From assembly GCA_963765785.1 (NCBI GenBank), contig CAVXXW010000010.1, positions 6,024 to 70,023 on the forward strand: a stretch of 64,000 nt of DNA. Direction: 5' to 3'. Both the position numbers and the translations under genes were made by a program. Below are positions 31,691-39,312 of the stretch, one piece after another (the stretch's first letter is position 1; each line of letters begins with the position of its first letter). Below the pieces are notes generated by a model, which did no database searches, had not been told where the DNA came from, and was given only the letters and a program-made list of their open reading frames with translations. The stretch is from an uncultured Actinomycetes bacterium. GTDB lineage: Bacteria > Actinomycetota > Thermoleophilia > Gaiellales > Gaiellaceae.

Positions 31691-32037
31691 GGCTGTGGCG
31701 GTATCTGGCGAACCGTGGCGGGAAGCGGGTTCGCGGCTCATCTCGCTGACGGCCTAGGCGCTGTTTCGGGCCGGGTTTGTGGACTGAGCGTGGACTAATT
31801 CGGCGGCATCCAGCACCGGCGGTGTACGGCCGCGTCCGTGAGGAACCGCGGACTGGCCAGTCAGCGGCACCTCGAACGCCAAGACGGGCGCGGCCTCCTA
31901 AGTCGACGCGCTCGCCGTCTGCTTCTTGCGCACTGGTGGGTCTGCTCGCCGTCGGGGCGGCCCCCCAGCCGCCACACGCTTCCGGCGCCCGTCCGGTGCC
32001 TAGTCCCGACCGGCGGGTTGCGTCGTACACTCGGCCG

Positions 32038-32227
32038 ATGCCTCTCGAGAACGTCGCGCTGGTCCCGCAGTGCACGGAGTGCAAGGCCGCATGGTTGCCG
32101 GCTGACGAAGAGCGCTGGGAAGCGCACCTCGGCGTGCGACGAGAATCTCGACGAGCCGGCCGAGGTCGTCTTCTACTGTCCGGAGTGCGCTGCGCGGGAG
32201 TTCGGGGGAGTAAAGAGTGGGGCCTAG
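32038..32227 (+). pseudogene. zinc-ribbon mini-ORF, copy 2, split by one extra nucleotide (about 32134)
   Basis: MPLENVALVPQCTECKAAWLPADEERWEAHLG in one frame and CDENLDEPAEVVFYCPECAAREFGGVKSGA* in the +1 frame; length 190 nt (3n+1). Confidence 0.55.
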
Positions 32228-32779
32228 CGCCGAGACCACAGTTGGCCAGAACTGAGGACCTATTGGCGCTCGACCCTAAGCGCGCCGCATCGGCCCCACT
32301 CGTCAAGATTCCCAGACTCGGCGGTCTCCTGTCCATGGGCCGTCTGACCCATCTTCCTACCCGTGGAGGCCTAGGAGCGCTCCGCTCCGCGCGCGAGACG
32401 AGACCCGCCGCCCTAGCCGCCAGCGCCCCTCTGCCTAGCTAAGAGACCAAGGCATCGGGGGCGAGTGCTGGCCCACCCGTCCCCGATGGCCGTGACACTA
32501 CGGCGCCGCGAACGCGCTTCCCTTTGGCCCGTTTGCGCTCACCTCGCTTGCCCAAGCCCGGACTGCGCGGCCTGCGATTTCGGCGGCGGCTGACCGCGTC
32601 AATGCCCGCTCGGCGTTTGCCGGCGGACTGGTCCGAAAAGGAAAGGGCGGCCCGTCGGCCGCCCCGTACTTTGCGCGTCCGTCCGTCTCTGCGGCCAAGG
32701 CGGCCGGTCTGCGCTGACCCATGGTGTGACGGCCCGGCGGCCCGTGCCTCCCCATGAAGGGGGATATCTCCAGGCAACG

Positions 32780-32810
32780 CGAAACGGGGCCGCCGCCTGG
32801 CCCCGTTTCG
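32780..32810. other. perfect 12-bp stem / 7-nt loop hairpin in an ORF-poor stretch
   Basis: CGAAACGGGGCC-gccgcct-GGCCCCGTTTCG. Confidence 0.5.
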
Positions 32811-33336
32811 AGTCTCCCGTGAGAGAGAGCCGCAGGTAAGTCGTCAGGCCCCGCCGCATTGAGGCCCTTCGTGTCTTCCGAGGTCGCCCCCGCCGCATCG
32901 GGGCGCGTCTCGGTTGCACGAGCAGTATCGGGTCGGGGGTGGCTGGTTGATCCATCACCCTTCTACGGTTGACTGCCTCACTTGACACGGAAGACCAGCG
33001 ATGGGACTCGTGGCGGTCGAAGATGAGCCACACGGCCGATGGTGCTCCGAATCGTTGCTCGTCATGCTCGTGCCGTGAGGTTCTGCGGCCGAAACTCCTC
33101 GCCAGCGTCTGCCTCGTCATCGCCGCGGCGGCGGCCGTGCTCGCGTTGAGGGCGGCACAGGCGACGGCGCAGGGCGTGAGGAAGCGCCCTGCACGTGGGG
33201 GGCGTCATCGGTCAGCGCCGAGGAAGTGGACGGGAAGGACGTCGTCTCGCCAGCAGCGACCTCCGGCTGCATTCCTAAGTAACGATCTGCGCCTGCAGAG
33301 CGCTCGACCTTCGACGGTCGCGGCCGGTTCCGTGAG

Positions 33337-33361
33337 GGGCCGGGCGGCGAGCCGAACGCCC
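33337..33361. repeat. 25-nt repeat GGGCCGGGCGGCGAGCCGAACGCCC, copy 1
   Basis: Identical to 39288..39312; contains the small hairpin CGGGCG-N10-CGCCC(G). Confidence 0.7.
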
Positions 33362-33722
33362 TCGCGCGTGTAGGTGCTTCCCCCGATGCGCATCACCGCA
33401 GCCCGGCGACATAGTCGGAGCGTGAGCCGGGGCCGCCAGAGGCCGCCGCGCACTTCCCCGTGGCCTGCCGAAGGGGTGGTCACCCGGGGGGCTGACGGAA
33501 GCCTCAGGCCCCGGGGCCGCCCTATCCCCCACCCCCGTGGTGAGGCCCGCCGAACTCTCCCGCGATCTCAGCAGAGAGGTCACCGGGCGTCCTGACGGTC
33601 AGCCTCTACCCCGGCTCGCGCTCTCCGGAACCTTGAAGGGCCCGCCTGAAGATCGCCCGCGGATGGCCCTGTGGATACGACGAGACAGGCTCGGCGATGA
33701 GCGAGGGGTGGATGCAGCTGGA

Positions 33723-33881
33723 CTAGCGGCCAAGCCTCGTTCTGCGGCGGATGCCGAGACGCCCCTGCATAGCCTTGTCTTCGGCTCCGTCTTTCCGGGC
33801 CGCCCAGACGAACACGGCTCCAATGATCGCCAGCGGCACGAGGACCGCGACGAGCGCGATGATTCCGGCAGCGCTGGTCAT
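33723..33881 (-). CDS. possible 52-aa single-TM peptide
   Basis: MTSAAGIIALVAVLVPLAIIGAVFVWAARKDG...; no clear RBS. Confidence 0.3.
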   Translation of the reverse strand: MTSAAGIIALVAVLVPLAIIGAVFVWAARKDGAEDKAMQGRLGIRRRTRLGR

Positions 33882-33937
33882 CCGCGAAAGTGTCGCACGG
33901 ATCTTCAAGCCGGCAGGGCCGGGCGCTTGCTGAAACA

Positions 33938-34063
33938 CGTTGCGGTGGCTCACGTGCCGGTATTCGCCCCCCGATCGCGGCGATGGCGCTCGCGGCGCGC
34001 GTGATGCTGCTGCCGCAGCCGCTCTGCCCGGACTGCGCTGCGCGCGAGTTTGGGCACTCATGA
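33938..34063 (+). pseudogene. zinc-ribbon mini-ORF, copy 3 (degenerate)
   Basis: Only the C-terminal ...LLPQPLCPDCAAREFGHS* is retained. The upstream VAVAHVP...RRW lies in another frame and the first CxxC is lost. Confidence 0.35.
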
Positions 34064-34258
34064 GAACGAGGAGGAGCGAGCGGCCAAGCGCAAGAAAGCG
34101 CGCGACTGCGGCGTCTGTTTAGACAAGCCGGGCGGCCGGCCATCCACCGGGGTTTTGGCGGCATTTCCCCGTTAGGGGGAGAACGGTCGCCCGGTTATTA
34201 CAGGGTCGCACTGTCCGAGGCCGCCCGGTAGCTGGCCGTCGGGGGAGTTCGCAGCTTC

Positions 34259-34498
34259 CTAGAACGACCCGACGAGCGCCCGCAGAACACGCACGGCCTC
34301 CCGTCGCGGCTCGTGCGGTAAAGCCGAGAGAGCCGACACCGCGAGCGCGACGTCGCTCAGCGTCGGCTCGCACTCCTGCAGGTAGCGCTCGAGCCAGCGG
34401 ACCGCGACCCTCGGTAGGCGCTTGGGCTCCTTCGCCGCGATCAGGATCGTCAGCTCGAGCGCTTCGACGAGGCTGATCCGGCCGAGCTCCCGCGCCAA
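34259..34498 (-). CDS. hypothetical helical protein (79 aa)
   Basis: TTG start. A coding-like frame continues upstream without a start codon. A diverged partial paralog lies at 39745-39900. Confidence 0.5.
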   Translation of the reverse strand: MARELGRISLVEALELTILIAAKEPKRLPRVAVRWLERYLQECEPTLSDVALAVSALSALPHEPRREAVRVLRALVGSF

Positions 34499-34714
34499 GC
34501 CTTCGGCGACGACAATGCCGTGCTGGAGTGCTCGAGCAAGACGGTCGTGGACGGCCCTGCGAGGTCGACGTGCTCCTCCCCGGGGCCGGACGGCGTGAGG
34601 AGCCTAAGAGCACTCTGTCGGTTGGCGAGATACTGCGCGGTAGAAACGGCGCTGGCATGAATCGGATCTGACTGGGCGCAGCGCGGAAGATCCAACGCGG
34701 GAGGAGTAAGACAC

Positions 34715-34906
34715 GTGGCTGAGCGCAGGTACGGCGGGATAACCCTTGGCGGGATCATCGTCATTCTCGGGATCATCCTGATCATTGTCTGGAGCTTCTG
34801 GATCGGGCTCATCGTCACGCTCATCGGGCTCATCGCCTTTGCGGGTTCGCGCGGGGCAAGTGGTACTGAGCCGGCTTTCGCAGGTTCGACTAGTACTCGG
34901 GCTTAG
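34715..34906 (+). CDS. small two-TM membrane protein (63 aa)
   Basis: GTG after GGGAGGAG; GGIIVILGIILIIVWSFWIGLIVTLIGLIAFAG. Confidence 0.55.
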   Translation: MAERRYGGITLGGIIVILGIILIIVWSFWIGLIVTLIGLIAFAGSRGASGTEPAFAGSTSTRA

Positions 34907-35174
34907 GTGAGATCGGCACGCGGGCAGCCTGGCGGAGGCTTCGCAGTCCTTCCGCCAGTTGGAGCTCGGTGTCGGCCACATCGAGGCAAAGCAGCAGCTC
35001 CTGCCGCATCTCCTCATCCGCGAGGACATCCGGCTGCCCCGAATCGGCCTGCAGCACTCGCGCTAGCTCAGACTGGAGTGCCAGCAGAGCCAGATTGCGT
35101 TCGATGAGCAGGTCGTGCAGCTCGTTTGCCTCAGCCCGCGTCAGCGGCAACTTTCGCGCGCCGAGAATCATCAC
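34890..35174 (-). CDS. hypothetical protein (94 aa)
   Basis: ORF only; helical, Leu/Glu-rich; no RBS seen. Confidence 0.35.
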   Translation of the reverse strand: MMILGARKLPLTRAEANELHDLLIERNLALLALQSELARVLQADSGQPDVLADEEMRQELLLCLDVADTELQLAEGLRSLRQAARVPISPKPEY

Positions 35175-35244
35175 TACGGACGGCCCTATGAGGTCGACGG
35201 TTCCCTCCTTCTTGGGGGCGAGACGGCGCGAGTGAGTCTACGGA

Positions 35245-35703
35245 CTAGCCGAAGCGATGCTTGTAGGCGATCTCCTGCGCCCGCGCCTGCCGCAGCGTCA
35301 GCGTTCCGTTGCAGAGCTTCCGGTGAAGGCTTGCCTCGATGCCGTTGTCATCGCGCCGAGCCTGCGTCCACGGCTGCGGCCAGAGGTTCCGCGTCGCGCG
35401 GGGAGCGCCGCCGAGCTCGAGGCTAACGAGGTGGTCCTCCTCGAAGTGGCTCGGGTTCAGGTCGGCGTACTGAAATAGAACGAGCTGCTTCTTCTTCAAC
35501 GCGTTCGTGTAGCTCGCCGGCGGTCGTATCGTCTTCGTCCAGCCGACGCGACAGACGGTCTTGAAGAGCGTCTTCTGCGTCACGGCCGAGTAGCGGACCC
35601 CCGGCGTGTGCGTCGGCAGGATCAGCGCAGCACTCGACGCGAGCGCGCCAGCCGCGACGACCGCCGCGGCGACGAGAGCGAGAAGTACGACGCGCCCACG
35701 CAT
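35245..35703 (-). CDS. secreted/anchored HNH-like nuclease-fold protein
   Basis: N-terminal hydrophobic segment; EEDHLVSLELGG ... NLWPQP motif, as in small actinobacterial HNH-like proteins. Confidence 0.65.
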   Translation of the reverse strand: MRGRVVLLALVAAAVVAAGALASSAALILPTHTPGVRYSAVTQKTLFKTVCRVGWTKTIRPPASYTNALKKKQLVLFQYADLNPSHFEEDHLVSLELGGAPRATRNLWPQPWTQARRDDNGIEASLHRKLCNGTLTLRQARAQEIAYKHRFG

Positions 35704-35724
35704 GTCGGGAACGGACGATAGCCC

Positions 35725-35922
35725 CTGTCGCCCGCTCTAGAGTCGCGTCATGGAGTCGTCGCGCTCGTCCCGAAGTGCGTGGAGTGCAAAGCCGTCTGGC
35801 TCCCTGCCGACTCAGAGCGTTGGCGCGCATACCTCGGCTGCAGCGAGGATCTCGATGGGCCGGCGGAGGTCTTCTTCTACTGCCCTGAGTGCGCGGAGCA
35901 CGCGTTCGGCAGCGACTCCTAG
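35725..35922 (+). CDS. zinc-ribbon mini-ORF, copy 4 (only apparently intact full-length copy)
   Basis: ...VALVPKCVECKAVWLPADSERWRAYLGCSEDLDGPAEVFFYCPECAEHAFGSDS*. The only in-frame start is CTG at 35725; the ATG at 35750 is out of frame. Confidence 0.5.
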   Translation: MSPALESRHGVVALVPKCVECKAVWLPADSERWRAYLGCSEDLDGPAEVFFYCPECAEHAFGSDS

Positions 35923-35985
35923 AAGGTCTTACACCCCTCACCTGGCCCAGATGGACGCTTACATGCGCCTGTCTGCCTTCGTAAA

Positions 35986-36166
35986 GTGGGCCAATGGTCT
36001 GCGCGGGTCGTTGCCTTCATCCCTAACTGCGTCGAGTGCGGCGAAAGCTGGTTGCCCGCGGAACACCGACCGGTGGCAGGCGTACTGGGTCGACGACGGG
36101 CCGGTGGACGTGTTGCTCTTCTACTGCGCGGCGTGCGCGAAGCGCGAGTTCGGCGAGAAGTCGTAG
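35986..36166 (+). pseudogene. zinc-ribbon mini-ORF, copy 5, split by one extra nucleotide (about 36067)
   Basis: VGQWSARVVAFIPNCVECGESWLPAEH in one frame and DRWQAYWVDDGPVDVLLFYCAACAKREFGEKS* in the +1 frame; length 181 nt (3n+1). Confidence 0.5.
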
Positions 36167-36237
36167 ACGCCGGTCCCCGGCGCGCTCTCGGCGAGCCGAG
36201 GACATGAGCAGCAGCTGAGCGCCTAAGACGACCCGGT

Positions 36238-36267
36238 GGAACTTGTGTGTGCCCCGCGGCCAAGGAC
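36238..36267 (+). promoter_or_regulatory. ECF-type promoter candidate, GGAACTT-N13-GGCCAAGGAC, copy 1
   Basis: Same bipartite motif and spacing as at 36643 and 37038; upstream of the small secreted ORF. Confidence 0.55.
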
Positions 36268-36313
36268 TTAGCGAGATCGCATGAAGCGATCGCGAGCCGC
36301 GAGAGGAGGCGAC

Positions 36314-36572
36314 ATGTACAAGCTCGCAATCATCGGAGCCCTGCGTTGCAGCGCTAGCAATTCCGGCCAGCGCTGCCGCTAAGGGGATTCGTCCGCCACG
36401 AATGCACGCGCAGGCTGCCTGCGCGCAGAGTGCGGTCATCCTGCCCGGACGGGACTACGGCACCTGCGGCGGTCAGCTGTGGTTTCGCTATGGCCAGAGT
36501 GGCGGGTTGGTGACGACAGGGCCGGCGTTCTGGAGACACGAGCGCATGGATCGGCCTGACGACCACCCGTGA
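36314..36572 (+). pseudogene. small secreted protein with its signal peptide split by one extra nucleotide (about 36344)
   Basis: GAGAGGAGG-N4-ATG gives MYKLAIIGAL, then the +1 frame gives VAALAIPASAAAKGIRPP...GQLWFRYGQSGG...*. The unshifted frame stops after 22 codons. Confidence 0.45.
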
Positions 36573-36642
36573 GGAGTTAGGCCGGGGAGGAGAGAGGCCG
36601 CGCGGCGGTTGATGCCTGGATCAGCCGCCCGCGCCACTCGAT

Positions 36643-36672
36643 GGAACTTCTCGACCTCTACTGGCCAAGGAC
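36643..36672 (+). promoter_or_regulatory. ECF-type promoter candidate, GGAACTT-N13-GGCCAAGGAC, copy 2
   Basis: See 36238; followed by AAGAGGAGG and the ATG at 36722. Confidence 0.55.
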
Positions 36673-36721
36673 TCGGTAAGCGAACGCGCAGAAGCTCGAA
36701 CGCAAGAGGAGGTGAGGTGCA

Positions 36722-37000
36722 ATGTTCATCTACGACACGAAGGCGCAGCGTCTGATGGTTCAAGAACACGTGGATCAGCTCGCGCAGGATCTGCGGCGTG
36801 TATCGGACCAACCGCGTCGGACGTCGAAGGGAGTCGACGGGCTCAGCGGATCACTCGGGTCGCGGATCTGCTCCAGCTGCGGACGCGGCGCTTGCATCGG
36901 GCGCGACTCCGTGCCCGTGCGTTCGACCTCTAGTCGAGCGGCCGTCCTCAGTACAGGGCGATCCGGCTCGAGGCACTCAGGGCAACGGCGCTTCGGTTGA
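36722..37000 (+). CDS. hypothetical protein (92 aa)
   Basis: Good RBS and a plausible N-terminus (MFIYDTKAQRLMVQEHVDQLAQDLRR), but the Ser/Arg-rich rest suggests a possible frame problem. Confidence 0.3.
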   Translation: MFIYDTKAQRLMVQEHVDQLAQDLRRVSDQPRRTSKGVDGLSGSLGSRICSSCGRGACIGRDSVPVRSTSSRAAVLSTGRSGSRHSGQRRFG

Positions 37001-37037
37001 CACCCCTCGGGCGCAGCGAGAGCATCGAAATGCCGAA

Positions 37038-37067
37038 GGAACTTTTTGGTTGCCATCGGCCAAGCAG
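37038..37067 (+). promoter_or_regulatory. ECF-type promoter candidate, GGAACTT-N13-GGCCAAGCAG, copy 3
   Basis: Ends 7 nt before the GTG of the ECF sigma gene, implying a leaderless or very short leader transcript. Confidence 0.55.
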
Positions 37068-37073
37068 GGAGTA

Positions 37074-37655
37074 GTGGATACGCAAGCACCTGCTGCTAGG
37101 CAAGACCCAAGCGACGCGAAAGCGATCGAGCAGTCGCTAGACGAGCCGTCGGCGTTCGCGACCGTCTTTGAGCGCCACTTCTCGCTAATCCATCGGTTCC
37201 TCTGCTTCCGTGCGGGAGTTCAGCCGGCAGGGGACTTGGCGTCCGAGACATTCGCGATCGCCTTCCGTCGCCGCGCCGACTACGACCTTCGACGTCCTGA
37301 CGCTCGGCCGTGGTTGATCGGTATCGCCGCCAACCTGGTTCGCGAGACCCGACGCAGCGAGCGCAGGTTGAATCGTGCTTTAGCCAAGCTCGCCGGCGAG
37401 CGCACGATCGATACCGAGGGGCCCGAGGCAGCCATCGGGCGCGATCCGCGAGTCGCGATGCTGAATGAGGTACTCGCAGGGCTCTCGCCGGATGATCGCG
37501 ACCTGCTCCTGCTGTTCGCCTGCATGGAATTCAGTTACGAGCAGATCGCGGAGACGATGTCGTTGCCGATCGGCACCGTCCGTTCCCGTGTCCACCGCCT
37601 GCGCGACAAGCTCCGCGGGCGTCTTTCCGAGGCCGCCAAGGGGGTTCAGGTCTGA
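37074..37655 (+). CDS. ECF sigma factor
   Basis: GTG at 37074; region 2 (FATVFERHFSLIHRFL...PWLIGIAANL) and region 4 (LLLLFACMEFSYEQIAETMSLPIGTVRSRVHRLRDKL). Confidence 0.8.
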   Translation: MDTQAPAARQDPSDAKAIEQSLDEPSAFATVFERHFSLIHRFLCFRAGVQPAGDLASETFAIAFRRRADYDLRRPDARPWLIGIAANLVRETRRSERRLNRALAKLAGERTIDTEGPEAAIGRDPRVAMLNEVLAGLSPDDRDLLLLFACMEFSYEQIAETMSLPIGTVRSRVHRLRDKLRGRLSEAAKGVQV

Positions 37656-38455
37656 TGCCGACCGAGTTCTACGAGCTGCGCGAGGCCTGGTTGGCGGTTC
37701 CGGCGCCGAGCGAGGAGGTGCGCGAAGACGCACGAGCTCGACTGTTTGAGGAGATCGCGCTCGAGCAGTCCGCGCAGCTTGGTCAGGCGAGCGAGCCGGA
37801 GCGTCGACACAGCGGGCTGAGGCCTCGCTCCCGGTTCGCGCTCGTTCTTGTGCTCGTGTTGTTGCTCCTGTTGACGTGGGCAACGCTGACGCTCGCCTTC
37901 GGCTGGCACGTCCCATTCGCCAGCGCGCCAAGGGCGCCGCACAGCTCGGAAGCGTTCAAGGAGTTCGACACCCTCGACCAGGGCGCCCCTCAGGGGATGG
38001 CAAGCGGCGTGATTCCTAACGAGACGCGGCTGGTTGCGACCTACGACGGCATTCCGCTTTGGGTGGCTCCGACGACAACAGGTGGCTATTGCTTCATGTT
38101 CGCCGGGTCCGGTGGCTGCGATCGAGACGGGACGGTTCCGCTCAACGTCGTTTACAAGACCTCCGGAGGGCCGGCCGCCGACAGCTCGCCGCAGACGGCC
38201 CTCGCTTACCTGCGCGAGTTACACGGCGCCGTGAACGCGCGCTGGTCCGACAGCGTCGAGGTCCGCTTCGAAGATGGGGCAGTCGTCCGCCCCGAGATCG
38301 TGTGGATCTCAGAACCGATCTCAGAAGGCTTCTTCTACGTCCCGATCGGAGACGACCATCGCCGTCCTGGCCATCAGCTACGGGAGGTCGTTGCGCTTGA
38401 TGCTGATGGACGCGTCGTCGCTACCGACGACTCCATGTCGCCAAGAAGCCCATAA
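37655..38455 (+). CDS. single-pass membrane protein, putative cognate anti-sigma factor
   Basis: TGATG overlap with the sigma stop; short cytoplasmic N-terminus, TM segment (FALVLVLVLLLLLTWATLTLAF), extracytoplasmic domain. Confidence 0.6.
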   Translation: MPTEFYELREAWLAVPAPSEEVREDARARLFEEIALEQSAQLGQASEPERRHSGLRPRSRFALVLVLVLLLLLTWATLTLAFGWHVPFASAPRAPHSSEAFKEFDTLDQGAPQGMASGVIPNETRLVATYDGIPLWVAPTTTGGYCFMFAGSGGCDRDGTVPLNVVYKTSGGPAADSSPQTALAYLRELHGAVNARWSDSVEVRFEDGAVVRPEIVWISEPISEGFFYVPIGDDHRRPGHQLREVVALDADGRVVATDDSMSPRSP

Positions 38456-38474
38456 CTGCAGTGGAGGTGGTCCG

Positions 38475-39053
38475 ATGAAACGAACGCTCCTTTTGGCTCT
38501 CGTGATCGCAGCAAATGCAGGAACGACAAGAGTTGCGGAGCCCGCGCAAGCGCGACAACTCCACCAATGTCCGCGGACATACCTTCACGACATCTATGGC
38601 GGGCGAGATCAGTGCCTCTCGGTTGCCAGGCGGAAGCACCTCTATTACGTGCTCGTCGGGTTAATGAACCGCGGTAACGAGCAGGCGTACTCCATCGTCT
38701 CGCGGCGCTTCCGCGTGTCGATACGGGCGCTGCGACGGATCAGGACCGAAGGAGAGCGGAAGCACTGGCCAATCCCGCCTCTCCCCGGCTTGGAGACGGT
38801 CTCACACGCAAACGCACGATCGACCGCATGCTTCCGCGCGCATGGCGCAAGGGTCGTCAAGGTCAAGAGCGACCCCTCGCTCTTGAAGAACAGTTGGCTC
38901 GCATGGTGGGGAGATTCCTGGCAGGAGGGCCAATACGTCAACTGGCGCTATGTCGCTACGGCCCAACGGCCGCCACGCACAAATAGCTTCCTGGCCATAA
39001 GGGGGCCGAACCTCACCAAAGACGAGACCCGGTATTTCTATCTATGCCTCTAG
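38475..39053 (+). CDS. secreted hypothetical protein with visibly lower GC codon usage
   Basis: GGAGGTGG-N5-ATG at 38475; signal-like MKRTLLLALVIAANAG. Confidence 0.6.
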   Translation: MKRTLLLALVIAANAGTTRVAEPAQARQLHQCPRTYLHDIYGGRDQCLSVARRKHLYYVLVGLMNRGNEQAYSIVSRRFRVSIRALRRIRTEGERKHWPIPPLPGLETVSHANARSTACFRAHGARVVKVKSDPSLLKNSWLAWWGDSWQEGQYVNWRYVATAQRPPRTNSFLAIRGPNLTKDETRYFYLCL

Positions 39054-39287
39054 TGACCTTCTGAGCGTCCGCGGAATCCCGTTGCAAAGCGAACCCCGCT
39101 AGCGCTGGCAACCTGCGCTCGCGGGCGGCTGAGATCCGCCATCTAGCACTCGCCGAGCGAGCGCAAAACTACCTCGCTCAAGGCAAGAAGGCGATGGCGC
39201 GCAAAGACCTCGAACGCATCCTCGCCGAGGACTCGAGCTACGAGGGTGTACGCGAGCAACTCGCCGCTCTGACTTAGAGAACGGGAA

Positions 39288-39312
39288 GGGCCGGGCGGCG
39301 AGCCGAACGCCC
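39288..39312. repeat. 25-nt repeat GGGCCGGGCGGCGAGCCGAACGCCC, copy 2
   Basis: Identical to 33337..33361; lies 12 nt after the stop of a start-less TPR-like C-terminal fragment (...AQNYLAQGKKAMARKDLERILAEDSSYEGVREQLAALT*). Confidence 0.7.

Noticed and set aside
32617-32645. SRP RNA domain IV-like string CTGGTCCGAAAAGGAAAGGGCGGCC
   Set aside because: It lacks the conserved AGCA / GGAA loop elements and has no complementary 3' strand nearby.
32134-36067. Programmed +1 ribosomal frameshifting in the zinc-ribbon mini-ORFs
   Set aside because: The shift positions differ between copies 2 and 5 (about 9 codons apart). No shared slippery or stimulatory sequence is present, and copy 4 reads through in one frame.
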